The notes beneath the pieces were generated by a model. That model saw only the letters and a program-made list of their open reading frames with translations. It had not been told where the DNA came from and did not search any database. A stretch of DNA of 60,113 nt, the filler included, from Dugesia japonica (lineage: Eukaryota): the NCBI GenBank assembly GCA_001938525.1. It is 5 parts of 5 records of this genome, joined end to end, with 100 filler letters (N's around TTAATTAATTAA, not from the genome) between each part and the next. Parts side by side here need not be neighbours in the genome. Positions count along the whole stretch, not along the records: positions 1 to 12,401 come from MQRL01601294.1; positions 12,502 to 24,269 come from MQRL01613390.1; 3 more parts are not named here. One strand, 5' to 3'. A program made the translations under genes and the position numbers. Position 1 is the stretch's first letter; the number at the start of each line of letters is the position of its first letter. Below, piece after piece: positions 1 through 13,347 of this stretch.

Positions 1-2184
1 GCAATAATAATAATTTTAATAATATTTATCTTACAAAAATTCAATATACCTCTGAAATATTAATTTAACTTTCTCTTTTCCTTTATTAAATACAAGTNNN
101 NTTTCTTAACTCCGTTTTCTTCTTCCGAATTAATAATATTTAACTAAAATAATAATAAAATTATTTCTAATTATTCAAATACTTTTATTATAATAATATA
201 AAGGTTTATATCGACATTGCAATAATTTTCATACTGTTCTTACTATAATAATAATACTAATTTACGTCTTAACTATTTTCCCGTAAACTCGTTCGACTTT
301 AATAAAATCTTTTACTATAACTTGCTTTTCTTTTAATCTTACTTTACGAAATAATTTTTTTATTATATTTTAACTATCTTTTTTATATATTTATACTCCT
401 ATAACATAAATATAATTATAAATAATAATATATCACACTCTAATTTCGCTTTCGTTCGTTATTTCTCCTTTANNNNNNNNNNNNNNNNNNNNNNNNNNNN
501 NNNNNNNNNNNNNNNNNNNNNNCTCTAATTTCGCTTTCGTTCGTTATTTCTCCTTTATCATTTCTTGACATTATTCATACACTTCATTTTTAATTTGCTT
601 TTTATTTCATGAGCCATAATTTATTAAATGATTTTCTTTTATTACGGAATATATTATTGGAGCCTTCGTACTTTAATTCTGTAATTATTATTTCTTTTGA
701 GCATTTTATCGTTGATTATTATTTCCTTGGATCATTTTATCGTTGATTAATATTTATTTTCTGCCTTTCTTATTCTGGTATTAAATATTCGTTCATTTAT
801 TGAATTATTATTCTCTTTCTTTCGTTTCTTCATTTATTATTTCGCCTTATTTCTTTATCTCTGAGTTTGTCATTTGAACACTTTTTGTGAACATTATCTT
901 CTTGAGCACTTCCATTTATTACTTTTTCTTTATAATGGAATAAAATACCTTCGAATTATTTTGTAACTTCTAACAATAAATGGAATAAAATAATAATAAA
1001 TTCCAATTTATATTGATCGAAAAATTGATCGAACGTGTCTCTCTATCGGAACACCCAATCGTTCGGATTTCGGGACGACACAATAACAAAAATTCCAACC
1101 GACGGATCGACACGATCCGAAAAATAACAACAAAAAATAATAATAACAATAATAACGGGATCGAATTGAGCCGATTAAAATTATGGTTTGTGTATTCCAT
1201 AATTCTTATGATTAAATCTGATTTATGCCATATTCCAAACCTTGACTTTCTGATGAGTTAGGTTCATTCTTTTCTTCTATTATCATTTCTATTTAGTTCT
1301 CGGTTTCTTATAAATTCAATTCAATTTTNATTTAATCTATCATTATGAGGAAGTTGTCACTTTATTTATTCTTTATTGTCGTGGTTAATATTCCTATTTA
1401 TTTTATTACTTCAGTAGCATTGTCTCCTCTTTTCACTAGTTCACTTTAAATATTCATGTTATCAAATGGCCTGTTTCAGTTCAGCATAAGTACAAAATTA
1501 ATGCTAAACCCAAAATTAATACTAAGAGTTGGGGTGAAACACCGGGTACCGAAAATAAAAATGGCGACAAGTAGACTGGAAATTAAAAATTGTCGTCAGA
1601 AAAGAAAGCGAAGCATTCAGATCTAAGAAGAATATAGTTCAGGGAAAGAAGGAAATAATTTAAAGGAAAACCGAGATTGGTAGTTAAAATTAACGAAATA
1701 ATCAACAAAACCCAAAATTTACAACAAGAAACCACTCAGAAAAGAACAGACCAAAGAAGTAATAGAAGTTGTAGCAGGACAAAGAAAGATAATAAAATAA
1801 CCATTATTTCGTTGGGCAAAATCATGAAAATGGAATTAATACTGTAAGAACGAAATATTAATTAAATTAATTAAATGAAGAAAACTGTGAAATTAAATTA
1901 AAACCAAACCAAGGAACAAAGAAATGAATACTTAATTAAGATGCACCAAGAAAATAAAATAAATTATTTATTTATTTAAATAAAATAATTCAAAAGAATT
2001 TAAAATAAATTATTTTTACAAGAAAAATAATTATTTCATGAAAAATGGCAAAAACAACGACTTTCCCTGGTGAGAAAATTAGCAATTAAAAAGATTCTGG
2101 TCAAGGAAAAATCGGATATTTTATAAATCTAAGTTAAAATATCGATAGGAGTCTCAGAAAAAAGGATACAGGGGTTTGAAGGTT

Positions 2185-2352
2185 GACCAATAGATTCAAA
2201 GTCCAATAATATCAACCAATAAAAAGAGCTCACATGACGTTCCAGCCAATGGAAACGTCAAGAAAGTCGTACGATTCCAAATAACCAATGAAAGGAATGG
2301 GGGTGTGAATAGAAAGCGGTATAAATACCGAAATATTCTTGTTATTCAATCA
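2185..2352 (+). promoter_or_regulatory. Compact Pol II promoter-like module (CCAAT array + CRE-like half-sites + TATA)
   Basis: CCAAT at 2187, 2203, 2216, 2246 and 2285; TGACGT (2235) and ACGTCA (2255) inverted around the 2246 CCAAT; TATAAATA at 2320; ATG at 2384 opens a decayed frame. Motif evidence only. Confidence 0.45.
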
Positions 2353-3530
2353 CAGATGCAACGATTTCCGACTTGAACCGAAAATGGAAAATTATTGTGG
2401 ATCCATTTAATCAGTAATATCTATCAAGGAAATGATAATTCAAATCTCGTGCTTGCTCCGGATCGGGATCCAGACCACGTTAGTTTTATTATTTGTCCTA
2501 TTAGTTAAATTAATGTATAACAAATGGTGATTTGATAATTGAATATATTTTTCCACTTGTTACAATCTTGCGTTCTTGATAATTTTAAATCATAGAGTAT
2601 GAAGTGTTAAACTAAACGTAGTAATTAACTGAACCTAGCTAAATATGTTTAATTCTGAAAACGAAAATTTATAATTAATTAAGACTCAAATGACTGATAA
2701 AGTCAAAATCCATTAAAACAGGTGTTAAACGGAAATCTAATAAATTGATGATTAATAAGTAGGATTTAAATCAGGCGAGTATCATGTTAAACGAACCCGA
2801 ACCAAAGGGGTGCGAGTTTGTACTCGAGTTACGAGTCAACGGCTTCATCCAGAAGATCTGGATGCGTAGAATTATATTAAACATTAGTAAAAGCTTAAAT
2901 AAGTTTAAACTCACCAATGGGGTAATTAGTACCTTATTAATAATCATTGTTTAATATTACATTGGGTATTCCATTGATGACCATTAATTACTAGGGATTA
3001 TGAATAAATTAATTAAAATAAAATCCACACAAAACATTACTATAATATAATTGAAGTATCTAGAGTATTCCAAAAACCCCACTAGTTAATCATTCGCAGG
3101 AATAACTTGAATCTCGATACGATGAAAAAAAACAAAAATGTTTAGAAAGAAAACAAAATCTTTATATAAAACTATTTGATATTATTATTCAAGAAATATA
3201 AATTCAACATATTTTTAAGAAATATATAAATTACTACGTCTTTATGGTTGAAAGCGGTTTAAATGTGAGGAAACAATTACCTTAATCATTAATAAATATA
3301 GCCAATAAATTTTTATTATCATATCACTAAACACTTTACTAATCGGAAACAATATAAATTAATTTAAATTGAAGAAAATATTCATAATAACAATAAACCA
3401 TAATTAATACAATTTTTAAAAAATGCATTTAAAATAGTATTAAAATGGTATTGATTTTTAGAAATTTTCCAATAAATTATACTAAATCGATTGGATAAAT
3501 ATTAAAATTATTTTAAATAAAATTAAAGGC

Positions 3531-3893
3531 CGAATTTCTTCGCTGATACAATCAAAAAATTTTTTGGTCCTAATGAGGACCGTTATTCGTGCTCGAGATT
3601 TCTTCTTGTAATGCTTAAATGGCAGCATGACCCAGTAATTCTTCTAGGAATAACCATAAATGTTGCGTGGCTAATTATTTCAGTGCTGAATAAAATTAAA
3701 CCAGGTAAAAATTTGTACAATGTTTTTAAAAAAAAAATACAAACCATCTTCATCTACGATATCTGCCGTTTCTTTCAGAATTGGCAATTTTGTATCGATG
3801 ACGAAAAACTCAGAAAGAGTTTTCTAAATCATTAATTTTCATATCATTTTGTTTTGTTTATCAGACTTACCCAAATGTTTCTTTGGAATCTAT
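3531..3893 (-). pseudogene. Spliced pseudogene fragment, unknown protein (3 exons)
   Basis: Exons 3893-3871 (runs out of an N gap), 3823-3745 and 3685-~3530, with GT..AG introns of 47 and 59 bp in compatible phases. They give RFQRNIW/KTLSEFFVIDTKLPILKETADIVDED/ALK*LATQHLWLFLEELLGHAAI*..., with stops in the last exon. Confidence 0.4.
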
Positions 3894-4169
3894 NNNNNNN
3901 NNNNNNNNNNNNNNNNNNNNNNNNNNNNNNNNNNNNNNNNNNNNNNNNNNNNNNNNNNNNNNNNNNNNNNNNNNNNNNNNNNNNNNNNNNNNNNNNNNNN
4001 NNNNNNNNNNNNNNNNNNNNNNNNNNNNNNNNNNNNNNNNNNNNNNNNNNNNNNNNNNNNNNNNNNNNNNNNNNNNNNNNNNNNNNNNNNNNNNTTTCTT
4101 AATTATTATAGCTAAAAAATTGAAAATTGTTGTTGTGACGTATTAAGTAAAATATTATAAGTAATAGGA

Positions 4170-4625
4170 TTAAACAAAATTAGAAAATGGGAAACGAAGA
4201 AAATTAAAATAAGAAACTAGAAAATTAAGGAAAGTAGAAATTAGGCTAATTTATAAATAAAAGTAAGAAATTACAGTAAGAAATCAAGAAATTAACATAA
4301 TTAAAATATTAAGGTAGGAAATTCAAGTAATTAAGAAGTCAAAATAAGCAATCAAGTAATCAAGGAATTAAAATAAGAAATTTAAAAGGAATAAAGTAAT
4401 TAAGAAACTAAGGTAATAAGTTAAGAAAATGAAAGTGGTTAAAGTGAGGAAATTAGAAATTAGAATAATTAATAAATAAAAGTAAGAAATTACAGTAAGA
4501 AATCAAGAAATTAACATAATTAAAATATTAAAGTGGGAAATTCAAGTAATTAAGAAGTTAAAATAAGCAATAAAGGAATTAAAATAAGAAATTGAAAAGG
4601 ATTAAAGTAATTAAAGTAAGGAAAT
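4170..4625. repeat. Purine-rich degenerate tandem repeat with internal direct duplication
   Basis: AAGTAATTAAGAA-like units; the block AAATAAAAGTAAGAAATTACAGTAAGAAATCAAG... occurs at ~4254 and ~4474. Confidence 0.6.
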
Positions 4626-5729
4626 TATATTAGAGAAATAATTTATTCATCAGCAGAAAAATTCTTAATGTTTTCTTCATCACCACGTGAATTATAATAT
4701 ATAATTATTTGGAATTTATGCCAGTTATAAAATAAAAATTTGGCGTTTTGCCCCTACTTGTTACATATAAAAATAAAACAAGGCAAAAACATAAAAATTG
4801 AAGTTTTCTAATTGCATCCGGATAAACTAGTTTAACAAATTTTATTCATAGATTGTCTTTGTTCTTTATAATACAAGTGATATCATAGGGGATTGTTTCC
4901 AAAGCAAATCAGCTTTTGTATCTCTCTTAAATAATTTGAATCAGATATATTATACTTATATGTTTTCCTTATTTAACCTTAATATCGTTAATATATATGA
5001 AAAATATGAATATAAATATACTATATAGTCGGCTGTTTACTATCAAAAATTTTATTGTTAACTCAAAGTTATACACGTAAGATTAAAAAAATACACGTTT
5101 ATATTACATATTATATTATATTATATTACAATATATTTTAACCTCAGAAGTGGTGGTTCGGTAAACCTTAACTTCACTTGAGAAATAAAATTAAAAGGGC
5201 GAAAAACAAAATTTTGATACCGTATTTATATAGCATTATCGGGATGTGTGTGCATCCCTTACATAATAAGATAATAGTAAAAATTGTTATTATTTATTGA
5301 TAAAATTTTAAACATTTTCATATAATTTANNNNNNNNNNNNNNNNNNNNNNNNNNNNNNNNNNNNNNNNNNNNNNNNNNNNNNNNNNNNNNNNNNNNNNN
5401 NNNNNNNNNNNNNNNNNNNNNNNNNNNNNNNNNNNNNNNNNNNNNNNNNNNNNNNNNNNNNNNNNNTAGTGTATTTTGTTAAATATACAAAATTTAATTT
5501 ACTGAATAAATAAAAATTTCATAAATAAAGTTACAATCGACTATCAAACAAATTGATTTTTCAGATAATCACGTAAAAATAAATACACAAATATTCAAAT
5601 AATTAAACGTTCAAAAATAATTAAATGTTCACATAATCATGATGTCAGTTATTCATCATAGTGAATTATATAGCCTGGAATCCTTCTTGAGTTGGTTCGG
5701 TTCGAATCGAATATTGATTGATGATTGAT

Positions 5730-5768
<39 letters not shown>

Positions 5769-8700
5769 GGTCATGAGTGATATGGCTCGAAAAATATACC
5801 ACTCCATAATCCGCAAACTGGGATTTAGTATATTCGTCATTTAGTATGTTGATGGCAGCCTCGGTGACTGTTACCCAACGTTAAGAGTGCATGAGCGCAC
5901 TATCTGAATGTAATTTGAATTCTTAATTTTGCTGAAGACGATAAAAGTCCTATAAAAAATCAATGGCTTTGTGATATATAATATTTTACATTAAAATTTA
6001 CATTTCATATATGCACAATGTCTATTTGATCACTTAACATATCAGTGATCCTCAGAAAAGTCAACGAATACTTTCCGGATTTTTAAGGAGGAGAATGTTG
6101 ATGGTAAATTTTGTTGGAATTCGCTAAGTTGCTTATTTTCCATCCGAAGTGATTCCACTTCAACCTCTAACTCCTAGATTATCATACCCTGGGCTGTGTC
6201 CCTCCGTATATATTCAATATTTTGTCGCCTGAGCTGCGGCATTTCAAATACGAGCATGTCTACCTTTTCTTGTAGAGCTTGACATGCCTTGGGCCAGTTT
6301 GTTGTAGTAGCTATTTGGCCATTGAAACTAGCCGTGAGTTGAACTTCTGCCCCAAATGTTCGGCTGGGTCGTAGCTGGAATAAATGTTGATTGGCTGCAT
6401 TCTGTGGAGCGTTCTCGTCCATTTCTAATTATGTCAGATTAATTCACTCTTAATCTTAATCTCATTATTCGTTAATGAAATATTTGTGGAAGATATACTT
6501 TCGTGTTGTTCCTAATGGATCTAATGTTGATAATGGGTATGTTAATTAACATCGATGACGGTTGAAGAGAGCAAAATATTAATGCCTTAGGTCTAATGCT
6601 TATAGTAATAAGGATAATTCTAATCGTAGCAACTAACAAAGATAATATTGATACTTCGAACAATTCATAATTTTGATAATAATCCTGTTGGCAAATAATA
6701 GTATCATTAGTCCTAATGTAGTATTACAAGACCGCCGTAGTAGCGATAAACTATGATAATGACCCTAACCTTAGAGTTAATAATGATAGTTAATGATTGT
6801 AAAAATAATATTAATGATAATGATAATGATACAATAGTGACAACCATAGTAATATTAAACTACTAATAAGAATAATCCTAAAAATGTTAGGGCCTAACTA
6901 AAATACTAATAATAATAATCATAAGACTAAAAATGCTATATTCTAAATAACTATAATAATAACAACTAATAATAATAATTATTATAAGAATTCTAAAACA
7001 ATAACGAATAATAATAATAGCGGTTAATGCTACAGATAATAATAATAAGAACCATCAGAGTAGTAAAGATAATAATGATTAATAGTAATAGTGACAATTG
7101 ATTAGGGTAATCGGAGATCTGAATCGACTTGGAAAAGTTTGGATTGAATTGACTTGAAAGAACTAGGATCGGAATTGACTGGAATGAATTACCGATTAGA
7201 ACCACTTGAACGATTTTTCCAATTTTAACAACTCTGAAATTTCGAAGAATAATTTGTGATTAGTTTTATTTCTCTTTTATAGTGATTCGCTATGAATTTT
7301 TACGCTGCACAAAATTGATCAATTATCTTCGGCATTGAATCTGAACAGACAGACTCGAGCAATTATTTTTCTGGATGAACAAAATTGAGCAATTTGAAAT
7401 GGTCTTCTTATCTCGATCGAAGTCTCCGAGTGGACAAGATTGAGTAATTATAATTCTGTTCAAATCAAAGTGGGCAATTTGTGGAAAATTTTCTTCGTAT
7501 CTGCATTGTATGTTCCGAATGAGTGAGACAGGCCAATTTGATGTCGGCCGACAATTAAGATTCTGGTCGAACAAATTAAGTAATTAGGATTTTTCTGCAG
7601 AGATTGTTGAATTGCCAAAGTAATTATGTTGTGATGAACTTTATGAATTTTAATAAATTTGATTGACTAGATGATAATGAATTAATATACGAATTCTTGT
7701 TTATTAAAATTAAAGGGTTGTTTTTTGATCAAGATCGCGGTTCCTTTTATACCCTTTTTTTCTGCATTGATCCTTCACCGATTGGTGGACTTTTGTGGAA
7801 TAATGGCCTCAATTTTTTATGTTGTTTTCCATATTTTTGCAAAATAGTTTGTTTTTCTGAGGTTTTATTTTTTCTTTCTGCGAATATAATTTAATAAAGT
7901 ATAATCTTGCCTAGTTGGTGTAATTTATGTAATTTGATGATAATTTTGTTAAATAACAACTTAATTAAAAAGAATAAATATTTAAAAAATCACAACTTAA
8001 TATATTTAAATAATGGAAAATAAAATATATTTTTACATTGGTATTATAATAATTAAGAATCATATGGAAGATAATAGTAAATTTTTAAAAATATTTTAAA
8101 ATGAAAGAATAATATAATGAGTAAAATTATAATTTTTCTAAAGAATGCTGTTTTAAAATTGAAATGGTTAAATATTAATTGTCTGCGTCGAATTGTCCGT
8201 TTTTTGCTCCAAATTATTGTTTTTTGCTCCGAATTGTCCTCCGACAAATTTTCTTGCAACAGCGCAGTAAAGTTTACTCGAGGAATTTGACTAGCCATAA
8301 CTCCCAAACATTACCAAAAATTAGTTTGCTATGACTCTAAAAGTTATACGTATTTTTACTCCTGACAAATTTTTTTTGTAATCAAAATCACTAAAAAATC
8401 ACAATTTTTTTATTGCTACTTATTTATTTTAGTATTTTTTTTCTTCCCCATAGATTTTCTTGCGTTGGCCCATAAAATGACCAACTTATGTTACTATAAC
8501 ATTTCTCGACCGCAACGTTAAATTTTGTTGGCCTTTGTTAGATTTATTGTATTTATGGTAAATCTTTAACATGGTCTCCTCTGACAATTAATCTTTAATA
8601 GAACCTATTTATAATAGATATTATCTTAAACGTTTTTTTCTTAACCAGCAGATACCTGGTACACAGTATAGTAAACTTTCTCTTATCTTTAGCTAAAATG

Positions 8701-9154
8701 TTTGAATATTTTAAGAAATTCTTGTATAACATACAATTTAATATATCTTTATTAATATAGTTCGTTAAATTATAAATAATGAAATTAAGTAATTATTTAA
8801 AATTAAACAATAACCTTTGAGAAGTTTTCAGTAATTTCTTCTAAATTGTTCATTTTGAAATAATAACTTGATTTGAAAACAATTACAATTTATANNNNNN
8901 NNNNNNNNNNNNNNNNNNNNNNNNNNNNNNNNATTAATACAAATTACAAATATACAAAATAGAAAACTCCTAAATTATTTTTAAAGCTTTTATTTGAAAA
9001 TTTTATCTACTTGTAGTAATGTTTTAAAATTATGATTACATGTGCATGTAATCATTAACTGTAATAATTAATCATTATTCAATTTCACGCCTAATCATTC
9101 TTCGAATAAATTTCATGTGTTTAGTTATATTTTTATAAATATATATTATTTCGA

Positions 9155-9378
9155 CTATCAGTAAGTGTTGTCAACTTTGAGAGCCTACCAGACTTTTGTA
9201 ATAGCTTCGCATAATATTTCATCAAGTCTCTCTAGGACGTCTATCCACAGACCTGGCCGACATTCTCCATCATGCCAAGAAGTAATTTTTTGAATTTCTG
9301 ATAAAAAGTTCTTTTTCCTTACATAAAGACAGTCTTACAGCAAGAGTGTTGTAATTTCTGTCATCAATACCACACTCC
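9155..9378 (-). pseudogene. HUWE1/Tom1-like HECT E3 ligase N-terminal (DUF908) pseudo-exon
   Basis: The minus strand reads LAVRLSLCKEKEL(fs)LSEIQKITSWHDGECRPGLWIDVLERLDEILCEAITKVW*ALKVD. This resembles the HUWE1 N-terminus as recalled ([47 protein letters not shown]). One frameshift and one stop. Confidence 0.6.
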
Positions 9379-12296
9379 TTTAAAATTTGTTGTTTTTAAA
9401 TTTACATTTAAAATATGAAAATTATTAAAATCATATATTTTAATAATGACCATTATTACAAAAGGGTCATTTAAAATTAATAAAATGAAATGTTTTTGTC
9501 TTAATTGTTTTTTAATTGCATCCGGATAAACTAGTTCAACAAATTATTTTGAATTGTCTGTGATCTTCATGATACAAGTGATTTAATCTAATCACCTCAT
9601 AATTGTTGATTACCTTAAGTATTTTAATATTTTTTTAATATATGTTGAGAGGATTTTGGGATTAAAGCAAAACTAAATCGAGAGTTTCGTGAGTTAAATT
9701 AATTTAAATGTCCTTGATAATTTAAAAATAATTTAAATATTAAAAAATATAAATGATAAGTTTTAAAAACGATAATATCAACCTTTCTAAGCGATGTATT
9801 ATCAGCTTTCCAATTTACTAATAGAAAATAATTAAATAAAATTTTACTGTGAAAGATAAACTACAAAGGTTTTCCAAATAATTAATTTCTCCGAGATGAA
9901 ATAAATTGCAAATGCTTGAATCAAATAAATTTCTCCAAATAGAATAAATTAGCTTTAAAAATTCCTTAAATTAAACTGCGTCTAATTAAAATAATAAATA
10001 TGTGCAAAACTTTAAGTTTTGCAACAATATTTATATTGATTTTACCGACATGTGATTACACGTTAATTTTACAGCAAATAAAGAAATTATAAATTTAGTA
10101 AAATATCATTACTAATTTTAACTTAAAATACAATTCAATTGAGTTTTTAAAATCTCGTTCCTAATCAGATCGATTTCATCATTGTCAAATTGTATCTCTT
10201 ATCGAATATCTTCTACCTTTTTTCGTTTTCCTGGATATCTGTTTTTTTTTACTTTGAGAATTTATCGGTAATTTCTTCTAAGTAGTTCACTTTGAAATAA
10301 TAATAAATTAAGAAAATGTTAGTTTTAAAATAAAAATTTTAGCAATGGACCGCCCTGCAACAGCGACAATAACGTTGAATTTGATAAGCTATAACTCCCA
10401 AACATTAACAAAAATTTGTTTGCTATAACTCTAAGTTATATTCATTTTTACTCCTGATCTGTATCAACAGGTTTGGGATGTCTAAATAATAGAGCGATTT
10501 GATCCTCACTAGTAACTAAATGTTTCCATTCAGTTTATAGCTTAATAAAAATCACTATCCTTACTAGGATTTACTTGTACCCAGTCGTTTGAGAGCGAAT
10601 ACCGATGGCTTGCTTTTCTTTTACTATCATACAACGAAATCATGACATACATCCATGTAAAAATTTTGGTAAAAACACCAGTCTAAAATGTATCCATAAT
10701 CATATTCATTCATTTAATTAAAATAAAGTTATAATTATTATTTGTACCAATTATTCATACTTATATTCATATGCTTTTCCGTTGAAATTACCCAAGTAAT
10801 AAATAACATAAACATCAGGTATACGACAATAACGTTTTCTCCTGGAATTTGAATATCCATTACTCCAAATGTATTGCGGGAACAATATTGATATGATTGT
10901 GATCCATATTTCCTCAAGGTTATCTACTTAACTATTTCATCTAACACTTTTTAGAGCAGAGAAGGTAAATTTTAACAAATTTAACTCAATACATCATGGA
11001 GAAATAGTACAACAAATTATTGGGTATTATTGACATTGTTGTTGATAGCATTATCAATCTCTGTATTAATCTTCTAGACTATTTCATCTAACAATTTAGA
11101 GAAGAGAACTGTTTGTTTAATATTTCAAAATTTATTTCTCAAAACAATTAATTTATTTATTCAGTTAAAATAAATATTACTTTAATTCATAATTGAGCTC
11201 TAACATATTCTTCTTTTTCCCCCTACAACTGGTTTTATTACTTTATCATTTGATATTTCTTCGGAATCATCATATGTAGTATAATCATCAATATATTCAA
11301 TAACCATATCGTCAGAAGTTGTTGACAAAAAAATTTTAAATATCTCACAACTAAGTCATTGTGTATATGCATATTAATGGAAAAATCAGCTAAGTACAAT
11401 ATTCGCATTGATCCAGAAAAGTTTTCATGTTCATACATTCTCGAAACACTATTTCTGGAATCATCGGTTCTCGATCCTCATCTAATAAAAACATCAGCAT
11501 TACCATGTANGGCTGCACTGGTAATTATCGAATTACCAGGAGTTGTGTACTCTAAATATGAAGGGAACTGTTCATACGATATTTCTATAAATTTCTTTGA
11601 AATTGTTTATCTCGATCGATTTTTTGTTTATAATATAATATAAATAATATAATTAAGACAGTAATAATTGTAATAATAATAAATAAAAGTAAAGACGACA
11701 ATAAAGATAGTAACGATAATATTAGCCGTTGGTGAAATCAATATAATACAATTTTAAAAGAAAGTTTAAAGAAAGTTCGATTTCTAACGTTATGATTTTT
11801 CAATCTTTTAATCGAAATTTTATCTTATCATTTATTTTAAAAATATAAATTATTTAAGTCCACATATTAAACAAAAAACATTAATGATCTCATAACAATT
11901 AATAAATCTTACTAAATTAATGATTGGCAACTACAGGAGCATAAAATGAACTGAGAATTGTTGAGGATAGTTTTCTGTAAAAAACCTTTGAGAGAATTGG
12001 AAATTTAGGATATTGTAATGTTTTTTCACGACTGAGAATGTCGACTTTGGGAAGTGTTTCTGCTCTTTGAGAGTAAAGAAATGAATGTTTCTCTAAAGAA
12101 AGACAAGTGTAATGTTATCGTTTTTATTTTTATATTTTTTTTCAGGAAAAATTAGTGTATGTATATATACGTATATGTGTGTATATACATACACACACGA
12201 ATAATTAAAATATAATAAAGAAAATATAATTAAATAAATCAATAAAAAATATAGACTGAAGAATTAAAGTTTAAAAATATAAACTTGACAACCACG

Positions 12297-12401
12297 AGCC
12301 ATTTGAAATTCATTAACAGATATTTCTGAACTATTTGAAATTCATTAACAGATATTTCCGAACCATTTGAAATTCATTAACAGATATTTCCGAACTATTT
12401 G
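12297..12401. repeat. 32-bp minisatellite, truncated at scaffold end
   Basis: ATTTGAAATTCATTAACAGATATTTCYGAACY starts at 12301, 12333, 12365 and 12397. Confidence 0.9.
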
Positions 12402-12501
12402 NNNNNNNNNNNNNNNNNNNNNNNNNNNNNNNNNNNNNNNNNNNNTTAATTAATTAANNNNNNNNNNNNNNNNNNNNNNNNNNNNNNNNNNNNNNNNNNN
12501 N
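12402..12501. other. Artificial scaffold linker
   Basis: N44-TTAATTAATTAA-N44, with stops in all six frames; core at 12446-12457. Confidence 0.95.
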
Positions 12502-12939
12502 TTTTCAACCAATGTTCTAAGTAATTAAAAATACAGTCGTCACTAGCCGTACTTTAATTGATCATACATTGCGAACTGAAATACACAATATAGTATACTA
12601 TATTGTATATTTAATAATATTGTAACTTTATTTGCCTGAAATAAAAGTTAAAAGTTATTTTTATTCTATTTTAATTAACAATTGTTACGCAACATTAAAA
12701 GGTTGGGAACCACTGACATACACTAAGCAAAAAATAACCTTAATCAGTTTCAAAAATATTAAATTTACATGTACAACAGGAACAGTGAAACGAAAGAAAA
12801 TCAATATATGGGATGTTTTTTGCTACACATGATGTTAGAAACTTCTTAGGTTAGGTTAAGATAATAATGAATGAATAATTATATCTACAAATATTAATTA
12901 GTCAAATGGTTTCTTTTTTAATTTATTTTAATGTTTGAA

Positions 12940-12970
<31 letters not shown>

Positions 12971-13347
12971 ACAGAAACAAATGATGATGACGATGATCTT
13001 ACAAATATTCGGAGATATATAATGAATTTACCATGAATTATAATTAACAAATATACAACTCGTAACTATTCATGAATTAATAATTTCACATTATGACATT
13101 AAAATTTCACCATGTGCAAACTTAACAAGTATATAATTAATAATTTTTTAACATTAATTTTTAAATTAATTTTTGAAAATTCAAATTAGTAAACTGTTTG
13201 TAACACCTATTTAAAATGAACAATTCTCTTTATTGACAAATTTTATTTTTACAAATACCTAAATCAATATTTAAAGCAAAATATCTAAATTGTTTATTTA
13301 AGTAAATATTCAATACACGAAGTGAATTAAATGCTATAAAAAAATTA

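Noticed and set aside
3849-4146. Three overlapping ORFs of 82-88 aa
   Set aside because: Almost entirely N-gap (X residues).
10480-11640. Coding-like minus-strand tract
   Set aside because: Several short frames but no recognisable motif or consistent splice model; left unannotated.
12297-12401. 32-bp repeats as a CRISPR array
   Set aside because: Head-to-tail units with no unique spacers, no cas genes, eukaryotic context.
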